From Lytechinus pictus (Eukaryota): a stretch of 64,000 nt of DNA. The stretch spans positions 11,160,001 through 11,224,000 of the forward strand of contig NC_087260.1 in the NCBI RefSeq assembly GCF_037042905.1, in the 5' to 3' direction. The translations under genes were made by a program, and so were the position numbers. Shown piece by piece: positions 63,271 through 64,000 of the stretch (position 1 is its first letter; the number at the start of each line of letters is the position of its first letter). The notes beneath the pieces are model-generated. The model was not told the DNA's origin and did no database searches. It saw nothing but the letters and a program-made list of their open reading frames with translations.

Positions 63271-64000
63271 GTGAGTGGACGTCGTACTGCTTGATATACA
63301 TTAATTGCTAACTATTTTCACAAGAATGTTGCAATTTTTATAGTCTATTCAATTTAACAATTTTGATATTTTCAGTTTCTGTTGCCCCCTACAAGCTATA
63401 TTATGACCAAAGTGGTTCAGATATAATACAGTTGCTGATCCAGAACTTCTTTTGGGAGGACCGGGGCCAAAAGGGTGCACACTATATTCAAAATGTTGAC
63501 GACATGCAACCAGTGTTGCAATCTATAGAATTGGGTGAACGTCATTTCTTTCACTGTAAACTTGATAAGCCAACAAAAGACACAATGAGGACTGTTATAC
63601 GTGAAACCATTTTATCACCAAACAACCCATACCCCTTTCATAAACCCATCCTCCAATTAGCACCGCCTAAGAGTAATGCGGATAATTCAATAAAAATTGC
63701 GTTCACAAACTCCGAAAATAATCCGCACTATTTTTACGAGCGCCCGTCCTGAAAAAGGCGGATAATCGTCATGACACACGCCCCCTCCGATGCGGTTGTG
63801 TTGGAAAAGGGTGACCTTGTGACCGCACCATGGCAATTATCCGCATTATTTGGAAATGCGTTCATAAAGTAAAAATCTGGTCCCGATGCCGCTATTATGC
63901 GGATAATTGCAGCATCAAAATAATGCGGATAACTCTGGTCCTCCTCCGATTTTACGACCAAATTATGCTGCTATTAGCCGCATAATTGGGTTTATGAAAG

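Overview
AT-rich eukaryotic (spliced, repeat-dense) invertebrate genomic DNA. The repeat families and gene content suggest an echinoderm such as a sea urchin; this is inference, not shown by the sequence. Three host genes are supported. (1) The last four coding exons of an NT5DC2/NT5DC3-type HAD 5'-nucleotidase on + (1752-1892, 20234-20320, 22061-22125, 23182-23392), with an 18.3-kb intron. (2) An intronless Spot14-family (MID1IP1/THRSP-like) CDS on - (47026-47592). (3) A probable first coding exon of an SLC16/MCT-like MFS transporter on + (63075-63270). The rest is mostly mobile DNA: an intact DD34E Tc1 element (15349-17244), a 5'-truncated LINE RT ORF (30279-32715) nested in a MITE, a decayed Crypton-like tyrosine-recombinase gene (about 640-1620), a Helentron/HINE-like element, tRNA-derived SINEs, many MITEs (TTAA-flanked, hAT-type with 8-bp TSDs, 3-bp-TSD types) and minisatellites. 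Most short ORFs in the track are spurious. The best leads are: a minisatellite built from an exon end plus its 5' splice site; a triplicated Tc1 start region that creates two uORFs; a ChoRE-like element plus CCAAT boxes upstream of the Spot14-family gene; and a 21-bp TIR-only remnant resembling an excision footprint. No wholly new multi-gene system can be claimed from this sequence.
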